In this document: piece after piece, positions 1 to 11,505 of the stretch
Layout: each line of letters starts with the position of its first letter
How positions within the stretch are numbered: position 1 is the stretch's first letter
Source of the DNA: Planktothrix sp. GU0601_MAG3
GTDB lineage: Bacteria > Cyanobacteriota > Cyanobacteriia > Cyanobacteriales > Microcoleaceae
Assembly: GCA_035193785.1 (NCBI GenBank)
Contig: CP136572.1
Span: 1,504,001-1,568,000 of the forward strand
DNA length: 64,000 nt
Reading direction: 5' to 3'
Program-made: the position numbers and the translations under genes
The notes under the pieces: generated by a model
What the model saw: only the letters and a program-made list of their open reading frames with translations
What the model was told of the DNA's origin: nothing
The model's database searches: none

Positions 1-1593
1 ATATGGTCGATTTCTGCAATATCTTCTGTGTTGAAATATTGACCACAGAAGGTACACTTACCTTTCTGTTTTTTAAGTAGAAAAGCTACTTTGTTGGGTA
101 CATCAAAAGATGTACCTTTTCGCGTACTCCAATATGTCCAGTTTCCGTCATAAGGTGATGCTTCAGATCTTATCGTTACATGGCGGGTGATAGGTGTTTC
201 AGCGTGGGTTGTTAGTCTAAAACCATCTTTGGTTTCAAAACTCCATGCTTTATTACCATTATTTCTGAAATACTTTTTCAGTTTCCCGTAACTTGCTTTA
301 CCGCATCTGTTGACTGTCCATGCTCTTAATCTTTGCCATGTTATGTAGTCTAGTGAGGAGTATGTTTCTTTGGAAACAACTTTGGAATGGTAGTTACACC
401 ATCCTCTAATTACAGGGTTTAGGTGTTTGATTAATGCGTATTGGGGTGCAGTTTTGTGGGTTTTAATCACTGCCTTCACCTTATCCGCGTGAGCTTTAAT
501 TGCCTTCTTACTAGGTTTTATTAGGGTTTTGAATCCTAATAGTTTTGAATTTTTACCTCCTGTTTTCCCCGAATGATGTTTACCAACAGGATATTGTCGG
601 AAGTTCCAACCTAGAAAGTCGAATCCTGGTGATACCTTTTTGCCATTTACTTCGATTTCTTTCAGTGTGTGGCATATACGGGTTTTAGCTGGTTTCAGTT
701 CTAACCTTATAGGTTTTAACCATTCTTCGATGGCAATTTGGCACTGTTGTATGATTTCTAATTGTGGACTAATGACCACGAAATCATCGGCGTATCTGAT
801 GACTTTGGCTTGAACGTATCCTCCCTTTTTGGGGAATTTGTTATCAATAAGCCTAATCATTCCATCCAGTGCGATGTTTGCAAGTAAGGGACTGATGACT
901 CCTCCTTGTGGAGTGCCTGCCTCTGTTGCGTTAAATATGCCGTTGTCCATAACTCCAGCTTTTAACCATTGTCTGATTTGAGCTTTAATTGTTGATGGAC
1001 AATCAATTTTGGACAGTAGGTAATCATGATTAATCTGATCGAAACACTTTGAGATGTCAGCATCTAAGATGAAATATTCACCTTTATTGATGCTTTGGAA
1101 GATTCTTGACATTGCGTCGTGGGCAGAGCGTCCAGGTCTGAAACCCGTAACTTTCACCCTCGAATCTGGCCTCCCATTGTGGTTCTAACGCCGATTTAAC
1201 CAAGGCTTGCCTTACTCTGTCGTTTATAGTTGGGATTCCTAGAGGTCTTTCCTCCACGTTGGATTTGGGTATCCATTTCCTTCTGAGTGGTTTAGCCTTT
1301 TGGTATTTACTAAGACTTTCAACAAGTTCTAATCGTTGTTTGGGTGTGATGGATTTAACTCCGTCTACCCCTGCGGTTTTCTTGCCTTGGTTGTCTTGCG
1401 TAACCCTTCTAACTGCTAAGAGTTTGGCGTAATATGACTTAACTAGAAGTTTTTGGAGCTTCCGAGATGCGGCATTTTGTCCCGATAATGATGCCTGGTA
1501 AATTCGCTTTTGCAGCTTGAATACTTTTCGTTGAACTTTCGCCCAATTTATAGTTTTCCATGCTTCCGTAGTCTTGGTTATACTCGTTTTCAC
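1..1593 (-). CDS. ltrA: Group II intron reverse transcriptase/maturase with HNH endonuclease domain (one frameshift near 1141; open to the edge)
   Basis: Motifs WKTINWAKVQRKVFKLQKRIY, KTAGVDG, RPLGIPT, SYGFRPGRSAHDA (after frameshift), GTPQGGVISPLLANIAL, IRYADDF, GFDFLG, LNPVIRGWCNY, KQKGKCTFCGQYF..EIDH. Confidence 0.93.
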
Positions 1594-2309
1594 CGTTTGT
1601 ACTGCTAATGGAGACTTTACCTAACAACTAGACCGGAATCTATCGGCATATCCTAAACATTACATCTAGGCATTAGCTTTTGACTCCATCTCTCGCCCTC
1701 ATAACATACGTCTTAGATTTGTGACTACCTGACAGTGTTCGACCTCTGTAGGAGTTAATGAGGGGTTTTAACGTTCCTTGAAAGTGGGTTTATTGCCTTT
1801 AGAATCATCCTATCTGCCGGGGTACTTTCGGAAGTCTTAGTAAGTGTTCTGGATAGAACCTTACCTTTTATAGAAGTGTATAAAAACTTCTATCTTTTCC
1901 CCTTGTTCTTTTTGAACGCAGCGTAATCAAGTCATTTTCGCTACACAATTCTCACGACAGTTTCAAGCCGGATGTTCACTTTCGTTAATCATGGGCAATT
2001 GGCTAGAGAACTTCTTAGGCATTTGACTTATACCCGATTTCCCGTTATTCCCAGCTTCAACGTTTTGATAATCAATCTGGCGTTGTGGGAATTGCCGAAT
2101 CTCTTTGGTTGGGCTACCGTACTTTTAACGTTCGGTAAGCCGCACCATTGACTCCGAGATTGACCTTCCTTTAAGGTCACATTTTCAAAGTTAAGACAGG
2201 CTTGACTGGGTTTATTAGTGGATTTAACTCCATTTACCAATTGTCTGAACCTGTCTCCCTGCTTACGTTTCGGGGTTTAACCCTAGACTTTGGCAGGAAC
2301 GTCTCGCAC
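1..2309 (-). mobile_element. Group II intron (chloroplast-like/IIB type), 3' part beyond the left edge
   Basis: Minus strand starts GTGCGAGACGTT at 2309. About 715 nt of non-coding RNA precede an RT ORF. A hairpin loop TATCC (plus strand 1851-1855) is complementary to GGATA at exon positions -6..-2 (candidate EBS1/IBS1). Confidence 0.9.
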
Positions 2310-2560
2310 TTATCCCTGAATTGTAACGCCGTCGAAAACCTCACTCTTATTACCCTAGAGAAACTGATCCTCCAACCCTCGGGTTGTCCTACCCCTTTTG
2401 ATTTGCCGATTTCAGTGTTCTTGGTTCGAGAATCGATTAATCAAATCATTAATATAATTCAATCAAATCTAAGCTAAATAGCTTGACTGGTAGGGGTTTT
2501 ACAGAATTGTTTGATCCGAGTTAATTATATTGCTAAAATTATATGTAATACTATAAAAAT

Positions 2561-2576
2561 ATAGACTTATATCTAT
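2561..2576. promoter_or_regulatory. Candidate NdhR/CcmR operator (ATAG-N8-CTAT)
   Basis: ATAG-ACTTATAT-CTAT, 55 bp upstream of the LysR start codon. Confidence 0.6.
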
Positions 2577-2631
2577 AACAAAAATCACGAAGACCATCAA
2601 ATATTAGGTAAAAGGGGGATATAGAATTTTG

Positions 2632-3616
2632 ATGCAAGCAACACTACACCAACTAAAGGTATTTGAGGCGGTGGCTCGTCATAGTAGTTTCACTAAAGCC
2701 GCCGAAGAAATGATGATTACCCAACCGACGGTCTCTACCCAAGTGAAACAACTGACTCAGACCGTGGGTTTACCCTTATTTGAACAAATTGGTAAACAAC
2801 TCTATCTGACTGAAGCCGGGGAATCTTTATTATCTACCTGTCAGAATATTTTTGAACAGTTGGACAATTTGGAAATGCGGGTGGCGGCTTTAAAAGGTAC
2901 AAAACAAGGGCGGTTACGGTTAGGGGTGGTTTCAACGGCTAAATATTTTGTCCCCCGATTATTAGGTTATTTTTGTCAACAATATCCCGGGATTGATATT
3001 GCCTTACAAGTCACCAATCATGCTACCTTAATTCAACGGATGCAAGATAATGAGGATGATTTATATATTCTAAGTCAACCCCCGGAAGACATTGCCTTAT
3101 CCAGTCAACCTTTTTTAGATAATCCTTTAGTGGTGGTGGCAAGACAGGATCATCCTTTGGTGGGAGAAAAAAATATTCCGATTAAATCTTTAATGGGAGA
3201 AACCTTTTATTATGCGAGAACAAGGTTCAGGAACCCGACAGGCAATTCAAAAGCTATTTGATCGTTATAAAATTGATGTGAAAGTTCGGTTAGAATTGGG
3301 GAGTAATGAAGCAATTAAACAAGCAATTGCTGGGGGGTTGGGACTGTCCGTTTTGTCTAAACATACTTTAATTTCCGAACAATTAACCGGGGAACTCACG
3401 ATTTTAGATGTGCAGCACTTCCCGATTCATCTGCGTTGGTATGTCACCCATTTAGAAGGAAAGCAAATTTCTATTATTGCAGAAACATTTTTAAAATTTT
3501 TATTAGAAAATAGTAACCATGTCCCTACTTTAGAAACAATCACCTTACACAATGGACATTTTCTAAAAAACGCGAATTCATTTATCAGCCATCAGTCATC
3601 AGTTAACAGTCATTAG
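2632..3616 (+). CDS. ndhR: CbbR-family LysR regulator, NdhR/CcmR-like (frameshift near 3208)
   Basis: MQATLHQLKVFEAVARHSSFTKAAEE HTH, GTKQGRLRL, MREQGSGTR, LELGSNEAIKQAIAGGLG. Lies beside the cmp operon; cmpR is not excluded. Confidence 0.75.
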
Positions 3617-3634
3617 TTTGAGATCCAATTCATC

Positions 3635-3662
3635 GTAGGGGCGAGGCGCGTCTCGGCCCTAC
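3635..3662. repeat. REP-like GTAG-footed hairpin
   Basis: GTAGGGGCGAG...CTCGGCCCTAC imperfect palindrome between convergent genes. Confidence 0.6.
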
Positions 3663-3859
3663 AGGGAAATATAGATATTTTTGGGGATTAATAATCACCG
3701 CCAGTTGTTTTGTACAATCCATTTAGACTTGCCATATAACTAATAATTAATAAATAATAATTAATCACTGTCAACTAATAATTAATAACCGATACTTGTT
3801 AACCAATAACTAATAACTGATAAGTACCTAAACAAAATTAATTACAAATTCTGTTCCCA

Positions 3860-3918
3860 GATCCGGTGTTCCCTATTCCCTATTCCCTATTCCCTAATAA
3901 CTGATAACTGATAACTGA
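3860..3918. repeat. STRR heptamer repeats (TATTCCC, ATAACTG)
   Basis: Direct reading. Confidence 0.8.
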
Positions 3919-4773
3919 TTATTCGTCGTCATGGGCGAAACGACGATAGAGGAAATCTAGGGCATAATTTCTGAGGTTATAATATTCGGGATCTTCCATA
4001 ATTTGAGTGCGATCGCGGGGACGTTCAAAGGGAATTTCTAGGATTTCTCCAATGGTTGCCGAGGGGCCATTAGTCATCATTACTAAGCGATCTGCGAGGA
4101 ATAATGCTTCATCAATATCATGGGTAATCATTAACACCGTACAGCGATGATCATTCCAGATTTTTAATAATTCTTCTTGCAATTCTTCCTTGGTAATAGC
4201 ATCCAAAGCTCCAAAAGGTTCATCTAAAATTAACACTTCTGGACGAATAGCTAAGGCCCGGGCGATCGCAGCCCGTTGTTTCATCCCTCCCGAAATTTGA
4301 GGGGGTTTTTTCTCCGATGCTTCTGATAATCCCACCATGGCTAAATGATCTCGAACAATAGCATTTTTTTCAACCTTTGACTTATTAGGATGAACTGCAT
4401 TAACTGCTAAATAGACATTTTCAAACACCGTGCGCCAAGGCAATAAGGCATAGTTTTGAAATACCACCATCCGGTCGGGGCCAGGTTTTACAATCGGTTT
4501 GGCACGCAATGTCACCTTACCATCGGAAGGAATATTAAACCCAGACACCATATTTAATAAAGTCGATTTTCCACAACCGGAGTGCCCAATAACGCAAATA
4601 AATTCACCCTCATTAATCGTGAGATTAACATCTTTTAAAACCGTGTAGGCCCCTTTAGCCGTGGGATAAACCTTAGAAACGTTATCAAATACTAAATAAG
4701 GCTGATTGTTGACCGGGGATTTTTTAGTAAATTTTTTCCCAAAAGTAGAGGCAGAAATTTTAGTTGTAGTCAT
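3919..4773 (-). CDS. cmpD: Bicarbonate ABC transporter ATP-binding subunit
   Basis: GHSGCGKST, ISGGMKQR, LDEPFGALD; last gene of the operon. Confidence 0.85.
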   Translation of the reverse strand: MTTTKISASTFGKKFTKKSPVNNQPYLVFDNVSKVYPTAKGAYTVLKDVNLTINEGEFICVIGHSGCGKSTLLNMVSGFNIPSDGKVTLRAKPIVKPGPDRMVVFQNYALLPWRTVFENVYLAVNAVHPNKSKVEKNAIVRDHLAMVGLSEASEKKPPQISGGMKQRAAIARALAIRPEVLILDEPFGALDAITKEELQEELLKIWNDHRCTVLMITHDIDEALFLADRLVMMTNGPSATIGEILEIPFERPRDRTQIMEDPEYYNLRNYALDFLYRRFAHDDE

Positions 4774-4805
4774 GGTTGATATTTCCTAAATTTTAAATTG
4801 CATTT

Positions 4806-4832
4806 GTAGAGACGTGCCACGGCGCGTCTCTA
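4806..4832. repeat. REP-like palindrome GTAGAGACGTGCCACGGCGCGTCTCTA (second copy at 29998-30022)
   Basis: Inverted repeat seen twice in operon intergenic regions. Confidence 0.65.
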
Positions 4833-4843
4833 ATTTTGTTGAA

Positions 4844-6852
4844 TTAAGCCACTTTACTCCGAGGAGAATCTAATACAATTTCCGTTACAGTAAAATCCCG
4901 TTTAATCTTCAAACTATTCAGATAACCAATGGGATCTTCGGTATCAAATTTTGTACCATCAAATAATTGAATTGCGCCCCGACTATAACTAATTTCAGAA
5001 AGTCCTAATTCCCGGGCTGCGGTACTAAAAGCACCTACCGAACATAAGCGCTCTAAAATTTCCACCCAGTTGCGGGGGAAAGGCGTATGTCCCCAACGGG
5101 CCATTTGAACAATATGCCAAAGCTGTTCGGTGCGACTGGGGCGGTTGACTCCATCGCCAAAAAATTGATGATGGGCATATTGACCCATGGGTTGCTCCAA
5201 GTTGCACGCTGCATTATTGGGATCAACTAATTGAATATATTCGGGGCGAGTTCCCAGGTAGTGACGTTGGGCCAACAGTTGCCGAATTTCATCGGAATTT
5301 TCTGGGTCAGCACAATAGGCGGAAGCCTCTAACAACGACTTAACTAAGGCAATATGGGTATTGGGATAGGCCTTCGCCCAGTCCTCGCGCACCCCCAAAA
5401 CTTTCCCCGGGTGTCCGGGCCAGATTTCCAAGTCCGTCGCCACGGTAAACCCGACATCCTCCATCATCGCCCGCAGGTTCCAAGGTTCCCCCACACAGAA
5501 CCCATCAATAGTGCTACCTTGTAAGTCCACCACCATTTGGGCTGGAGGAATGGTCAACAGTTCCACATCATGGTCAGGGTCAATACCCCCGGATGCTAAC
5601 CAATAGCGCAATAACAGGTTGTGCATGGAAACTGGGATGGACGACCCCCATGCGATGCTGTTGTCCCGGGGATTGTAACAACATCTGTTTGAAGTCAGCC
5701 AGGGTGTAAATCCCTTGGTCATAAAAGCGACGGGCGAGGGTAATGGCGTTACCGTTGCGAGTCATGGTCAGGGCTGTAATCACCGTTACGGGTTGGGTTT
5801 CATCCCCCCCCAAAGTCATCCACAGAGGCATCCCAGAGGGCATCTGAGCCGCGTCTAAATAGCCTCCGGCGATGCCATCACTGATGCCGCGCCAACTGGT
5901 TTCTCGGACAAGATTGATTTCATCGAGGCCGTGTTTTTCAAAAAATCCCAATTCCTTCGCCACGGCGAGGGGGGCGCAGGCGGTCAGGGGAACAAAACCG
6001 AGTTCTAAATTAATTTTTTCTAGGCCATGGCGGGCAACAACTTTATTCTTTTTCGCCCGCATTTTTTTGATGAGTTTTTGTTGGTTGAGGAAATAAATCA
6101 TTTCACTCCGCAAGCGGTAATAACTAGGATGTTCTACCACTTGCATCCGTTGACGGGGGCGGGGAATATCTACTTCTAAAATTTGCCCAATTTTTGATTC
6201 GGGGCCGTTAGTTAACATCACAATTCGATCCGAAAGTAACACGGCTTCATCGACATCGTGAGTCACCATTAAGGCACTAATTTGATTATCTTGGCAAATC
6301 TTCATTAATTGTTCTTGGAGATTGCCACGAGTTAAGGCATCTAAGGCCCCAAAGGGTTCATCTAATAATAATAATTTGGGTCGTAATGCTAGGGCGCGGG
6401 CAATGGCAACCCGTTGTTTCATTCCCCCTGATAATTGGGCGGGATATTTGTCTGTGGCGGGGCGTAATCCTACCATATCAATATGGCTTTCAATGATAGT
6501 TGTCCGTTTCCGCTAAGGGTAATCCTTTCATCACGGAATCTACTGCTAAAGCAATATTTTCTCGGACAGTTCGCCAGGGTAATAAGGAATAGTTTTGAAA
6601 TACTACCATTCGATCTGGCCCGGGTTGGGTAATTTTTTGACCTTCAATGGTAACAATTCCCTCTGAGGGTAAATCTAACCCGGCCACCATGTTTAATAAG
6701 GTTGATTTTCCGCAGCCTGAGTGTCCAATCAAGGTGACAAATTCACCTTTTTTAATTTGTAAGTCAATTCCTTTTAGGGCAACATATTGACCTCCCCCGG
6801 TTAAGTTAAAGACTTTATCAATTTGTTCCACTTCAATTAAGGGTTTTTCCAT
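4844..6852 (-). CDS. cmpC: Bicarbonate ABC transporter ATPase with C-terminal solute-binding-like domain (two frameshifts)
   Basis: Three consecutive ORF pieces: Walker A, LSGGMKQR, LGFVPLTACAPL, GEPWN. Confidence 0.85.
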
Positions 6853-6900
6853 GATATTAACTCCTGATTTTAATTGTTGATTTTGGTTCTAAGGGAGTAA

Positions 6901-7002
6901 ATCAGTCATCAGTTAACAGTCATCAGTTAACAGTTTTTAGCTGAAAAATATTAACAATGAACTCTTACACTGACAAATGATAACTGTTGACTGATAACTG
7001 AT
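6901..7002. repeat. Heptamer-armed foldback element (ATCAGTY)n...TCTTACACTGA...(ATAACTG)n
   Basis: Same layout at 20921-21141 and 30637-30787. Confidence 0.65.
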
Positions 7003-7010
7003 TTCTGTTC

Positions 7011-7859
7011 TTACTTTCTTTCCCCGGGTACAATTAATTGTTGAACGTAGCCGATACCTCGGTCTAAAATTAAACCAACGGCACCGATATAAACCACGGC
7101 TAAAAGAATGTCACTGATGTAGTTTTGTTGGTAAGCATCCCAGATAAAGAAACCAATTCCCACGATACCAGACATCACGATTTCGGCGGCAATAATCGCT
7201 AACCAAGCTAAACCTACAGCGATTCTTAATCCGGTAAAAATGTAAGGTAAGGCGGAAGGGAATAGAATATTTAAGTAATATTCTTTGCGAGATAATTGCA
7301 AGACTTTGGCAACGTTATTATAATCATCGGGAATCTGTTTAACACCTTCTTTAGTATTAATTAGAATCGGCCAAACAGAGGTAATAAAAATTACGAAAAT
7401 CGCGGCGGGTTGGTTTTGTTGGAAGGCGACTAAGGCAATGGGAACCCAGGCTAAAGGAGCCACCATTCTTAAAAACTGAAATAGGGGATCTAATGCCTTA
7501 TCTAAAATCGGGTTTGTTCCCACTAAAATACCAACGCCAATCCCCACAATTGCAGCAATTGAATAGCCTTGAGCCACCCGTCCTAAACTGGCTAAAGTTT
7601 GCCAGAATAAGCCTTTATCTAACCCTCCCCGATCATAAAAAGGATACATTAATAAAATTCGGGTTTGTTCATTAGTTATGACACTTAATGGCCCTGGTAA
7701 ACGGGTAATTCCTGATAGGGAGAAAAGTTGCCAAACTACTAAAAAACCCAAAGTTCCCATTAAGGGAAGAATAATATTTTGCGAGTTCTTTTTCCAATAT
7801 TCACCCAAATTTTCAACAAAGCTGTTGCCGTTACTTCTTCTTTTAGCGGTACTTGTCAT
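7011..7859 (-). CDS. cmpB: Bicarbonate ABC transporter permease
   Basis: NrtB/CmpB-type permease with FTGLRIAVGLAWLAIIAAE. Confidence 0.85.
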   Translation of the reverse strand: MTSTAKRRSNGNSFVENLGEYWKKNSQNIILPLMGTLGFLVVWQLFSLSGITRLPGPLSVITNEQTRILLMYPFYDRGGLDKGLFWQTLASLGRVAQGYSIAAIVGIGVGILVGTNPILDKALDPLFQFLRMVAPLAWVPIALVAFQQNQPAAIFVIFITSVWPILINTKEGVKQIPDDYNNVAKVLQLSRKEYYLNILFPSALPYIFTGLRIAVGLAWLAIIAAEIVMSGIVGIGFFIWDAYQQNYISDILLAVVYIGAVGLILDRGIGYVQQLIVPGERK

Positions 7860-8016
7860 TTTTTTTAAACTCCTTGATTAGTTATTCGTAAGTCCAATGG
7901 GAAGATAACCCTTGATTTTTTTTTGAGTCTATAATGAGAATGGGGAAGATTTACTTTTTCAAAATTAAGAATTATCTATAATTACTATAGGTTAATTCTT
8001 AATTATGAATTCATCA

Positions 8017-9391
8017 CTAGACTTTTTTGATTGCTAAACTCTGAAGATAGGCTTCTGGATTTGCCGGATCAAAAGTAATTCCATCAAAGAACTTTTCCAC
8101 ACCCCTGGAAGTCGAAGCGGGAATATCAGCAGTCAACCCGGCTTCTTTAGCGGCTTCTCGCCAAATATCCTCCCGGTTTACCTTATCCACAATTGTCTTA
8201 GCTTGGGCAATATCTTGAATCTGACCATTATGGAAACCCCAACGGATAGTTTCAGTTAAGAACCATAAATCATGGCTTTTATAGGGATAGGAAACACTAC
8301 CAATGGGATCTTTCCAATATAACGGCCCTTTATTAAAGTCTTGAATCGGCGGTTTTCCATCTCCCATCTGATAGTTTCCTTGGAAGGGAGCAGTCAGAAA
8401 CAGCTTCAGGAACATTAAAATAATTCCGTCCAGAAACTATTGTGACTAATTCGGCTCGATTTTCCGGTTTATCACACCATTGTTGGGCTTCCATTAAGCC
8501 TTTTAATAGGGCCTTTGTTGCCTTGGGATGTTTATCAACCCAGTCAGCACGAATGGCTAAATATTCTTCGGGATGAAACGGCCAAACTTCCGTGGTTAAA
8601 CAGGACATGAAACCGATATTATCACTAACAATTCGATAGGGCCAGGGGTCGCCTGTACTAAAGGCATCCATCGTTCCATTTCGCATTCCCTGAAGGGTTT
8701 CTGCCGGAGGAACTGCTATCAAATCAATATCAACATCGGGGTTGATTCCACCCGCAGCTAACCAATAGCGAATCCAAAAATCTTGGTTAACATTGGGGAA
8801 GGTATAAGCTGCTTTAAATTTGCGTCCACCGGTGGTGGGAAGACTGCGAATATATTCGGCTGCTCCCTTAATATCTAAGCCAATTCCTTTGCCTTGATGG
8901 ATATTAGCAATAGCGACACCATTGCCATTTGTATTTAATTGGGCTAAGACATACATGGGGACTTTTTTGCCCCCGGTGATAATGCCTTCTGTAATTAAAT
9001 GGGGCATGGGCATTTGCCACTGTCCGCCATCAATTCCGCCCCCACTTGAGCCAATGGTAACGTTATCCCGTGCTGAAGCCCAGTTTGACTGTTTGGAAAC
9101 TTCTACACCGCTCATTCCATACTTAGCAAAAAAGCCTTTTTCTTTGGCAATAATTAATGGGGCAGATTCCACAATCGGAATAAAACCTAGTTTAATTGTT
9201 GCCACTTCTGGGGCTTGTTCTGGACTAATATTAACCGTCGGAACTTGTGTTGTCGCCGGTGAACTTCCCGCATTACCATTGGGTTCCGGGGGGTTACCTA
9301 AACATCCTTTTAAAAAGACGGTACTGGCTGCCGAAACTCCGGCGGTGATTAAAAATTTTCTGCGAGAATAACTTGTTGAAAATTCAGACAT
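8017..9391 (-). CDS. cmpA: Bicarbonate-binding lipoprotein (frameshift near 8400)
   Basis: SRRKFL signal, LKGC lipobox, and IPIVESAP and [10 protein letters not shown], which are CmpA-type rather than NrtA-type. Confidence 0.88.
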
Positions 9392-9593
9392 TAAACCTCC
9401 TAACAACCTGTCTGTTGAAAAAATAGGTTGCTACTTACAAAATTGATTTTGTAGTAGTACATTATTGTATGAAAGGAATCTAGCTTTTCCTTAGAGGTAG
9501 TCACTAGATAAAACGTTACCCTGGGGTCAGGGTGACTTGGGTTAGGACTTGATTATTCATTAAGTCGTGCCATAGCCCTCTATAAATACTAAA

Positions 9594-9609
9594 GTAGCAT
9601 CATATCTAT
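9594..9609. promoter_or_regulatory. Candidate LysR (NdhR/CmpR) site upstream of cmpA
   Basis: GTAG-CATCATAT-CTAT, one mismatch to ATAG-N8-CTAT. Confidence 0.4.
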
Positions 9610-9904
9610 AGATTGTCACTACTTCTTAGTGCTAAGTATGATTTTCTTTTTAGTGGGATTGATCAAGTTTTGCTTATCATTCATCGTTTATTCTAAATAA
9701 ATTTATTTAAAATATAATCAAATCTTATCTAAATCGCCATTTTAGGCTAAAAATCGAGACTTAAACAACAAATTGATTGTTTAAGTTGGGTAAAAATAGC
9801 CGATGACAAGCATTGACAAGAAACTATACCTAGAAGACTTTACATATAAAAACGTCAATACACCCCGGCTGGGTTGGGGTGCTTTATATAGTCGCGTGCG
9901 CTTA

Positions 9905-9980
9905 TATAGCACTAGCAATTAAGGTGTTTGACAATAATAAACCTTGTAACCCGCTCATAGCCTACTGTTCCCTGCTCCCT
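9905..9980 (+). repeat. MITE-like element end (TATAGCACTA...), inverted copy at 13620-13688
   Basis: 69-nt manual alignment with about 10 mismatches. Confidence 0.7.
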
Positions 9981-10014
9981 AGGGTAATAAAGTTTAAATG
10001 CCCAACGGCCCGCC

Positions 10015-10706
10015 TTAACCGCGATATTTGGGAAAAGGAATCCCCAAACTACTATGAAAATCCTGTTGAGTTTTTGCACTCAGACGTCGAGAAACCTGTT
10101 TAACAATATTTTTGAGTAGCGCATCGCCACTTTTTTGAATTAACCCTTCCGACTTAGAACGAATAAACTTAGGAATTTGTACCCCGACAGCCAAATTTAA
10201 GTGCCATTGCGCCCCGGTGATTTGAGTCGGACATTCCTTTAATCCAATCCCATGTTTAGCACAAAATTCCGCCGTGGGTAATTCAACTAAAGTCATCGTC
10301 GATTGAAAATCCACCTCATAACCCGGAGCCGTATAACCGGGGACGGGAAAACCGTCCGAATCCGATAAATCCCCTCGGCATCCGGTGGAACCAATTCTAA
10401 ACCAATCCGAGCTTCCACCCGATAACCCAAGGCTCCAAACCGTCCAATTAATAAATCATAGGAATTATTTCCCAGGGGTTCGGTTTTCATGGGTAACGCA
10501 CACCGACAAAACCACCCGCTATGCTGGCCCAAATATTCCGCCACCGTATCCATGTCGGCGAACATTTCCATACAGTCTTCAAAATCACTGTGAAACCAGA
10601 TTAATTCCTGAGTGTCTTCCTCTGGGTTGGGGAGGGCGAGGGAATCATCAACACCCTCAGATGACTCCCTTGACGGTTGAAGTTCAACAGATTCGTCCTG
10701 TTGCAT
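10015..10706 (-). CDS. DUF1997-like protein (frameshift near 10350)
   Basis: VAEYLGQHSGWFCRCALPM, LIQKSGDALLKNIVKQVSRRL. Confidence 0.7.
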
Positions 10707-10842
10707 GATAGATTCTCCTACGAGGGTTGCTTTGCTTTCTATTTCCAGAATGCCCTGTCTTGTCGTGAACCGCTACAATCAATATGCGGAACTTTTGATA
10801 CTGCTTGCAAAACTTAACACTTACGGAAAAACCTTTAACAGC

Positions 10843-11505
10843 ATGAAAGCATTTGTCGCAGGGGCAACGGGAGAAACGGGACGGCGAATTGTTGCCGAAT
10901 TAGTGGAGCGGGGAATCCCGGTTAAGGCCTTGGTTCGGAATCCAGAAACGGCTCAAAACATTTTACCCCCCGAGGTAGAACTGGTGGTGGGAGATGTTTT
11001 AAATACCGAGAGTCTAGCTTTAGCTCTCCGGGATTGTACCGTTGTTTTATGTGCCACCGGAGCCAAACCCAGTTTTGATTTTACCGGGCCCTATTTAGTG
11101 GATTATCAGGGAACAAAAAATTTAGTTGATGTAGCAAAATCCCAGGGAATTGAGCACTTTGTTTTCGTGACTTCCCTGTGTGTTTCGCAATTTTTTCACC
11201 CTTTAAATTTATTTTGGCTGATTCTTTTGTGGAAAAAACAGGCGGAAGAATATCTGCAAAATAGTGGCTTGAATTATACCATTGTTCGTCCGGGGGGATT
11301 GAAAAATGAAGACAATAATGATAATTTAGTCATGCAGTCGGCCGATACCCTATTTGAAGGCAGTATTCCCCGAACAAAAGTGGCTCAAGTTTGTGTCGAA
11401 GCCCTATTTTTTGAGACTTCACGGAATAAAATTATTGAAATTGTAGCTAACCCGGAGGCTCAACAACAGCCCTTAGAAAAACTATTTGCCAGTGTAAGTG
11501 ATTGA
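10843..11505 (+). CDS. NAD(P)-binding SDR/Ycf39-like oxidoreductase
   Basis: VAGATGETG Rossmann motif, YTIVRPGGL. Confidence 0.85.
   Translation: MKAFVAGATGETGRRIVAELVERGIPVKALVRNPETAQNILPPEVELVVGDVLNTESLALALRDCTVVLCATGAKPSFDFTGPYLVDYQGTKNLVDVAKSQGIEHFVFVTSLCVSQFFHPLNLFWLILLWKKQAEEYLQNSGLNYTIVRPGGLKNEDNNDNLVMQSADTLFEGSIPRTKVAQVCVEALFFETSRNKIIEIVANPEAQQQPLEKLFASVSD

Noticed and set aside
1..1593. RT as a DGR, retron or defence RT
   Set aside because: It has the RT0/N-terminal domain, maturase and HNH domains plus a GTGCG-bounded intron leader, all typical of group II introns.
2141..2145. Second GTGCG suggesting a nested intron (twintron)
   Set aside because: It lies inside the expected domain I and lacks the following CGTT context. 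The candidate EBS1 matches the exon at 2310.
3919..9391. Nitrate transporter nrtABCD
   Set aside because: The binding protein carries CmpA-type motifs, the neighbour is a CbbR-type LysR, and there is no nirA or narB.
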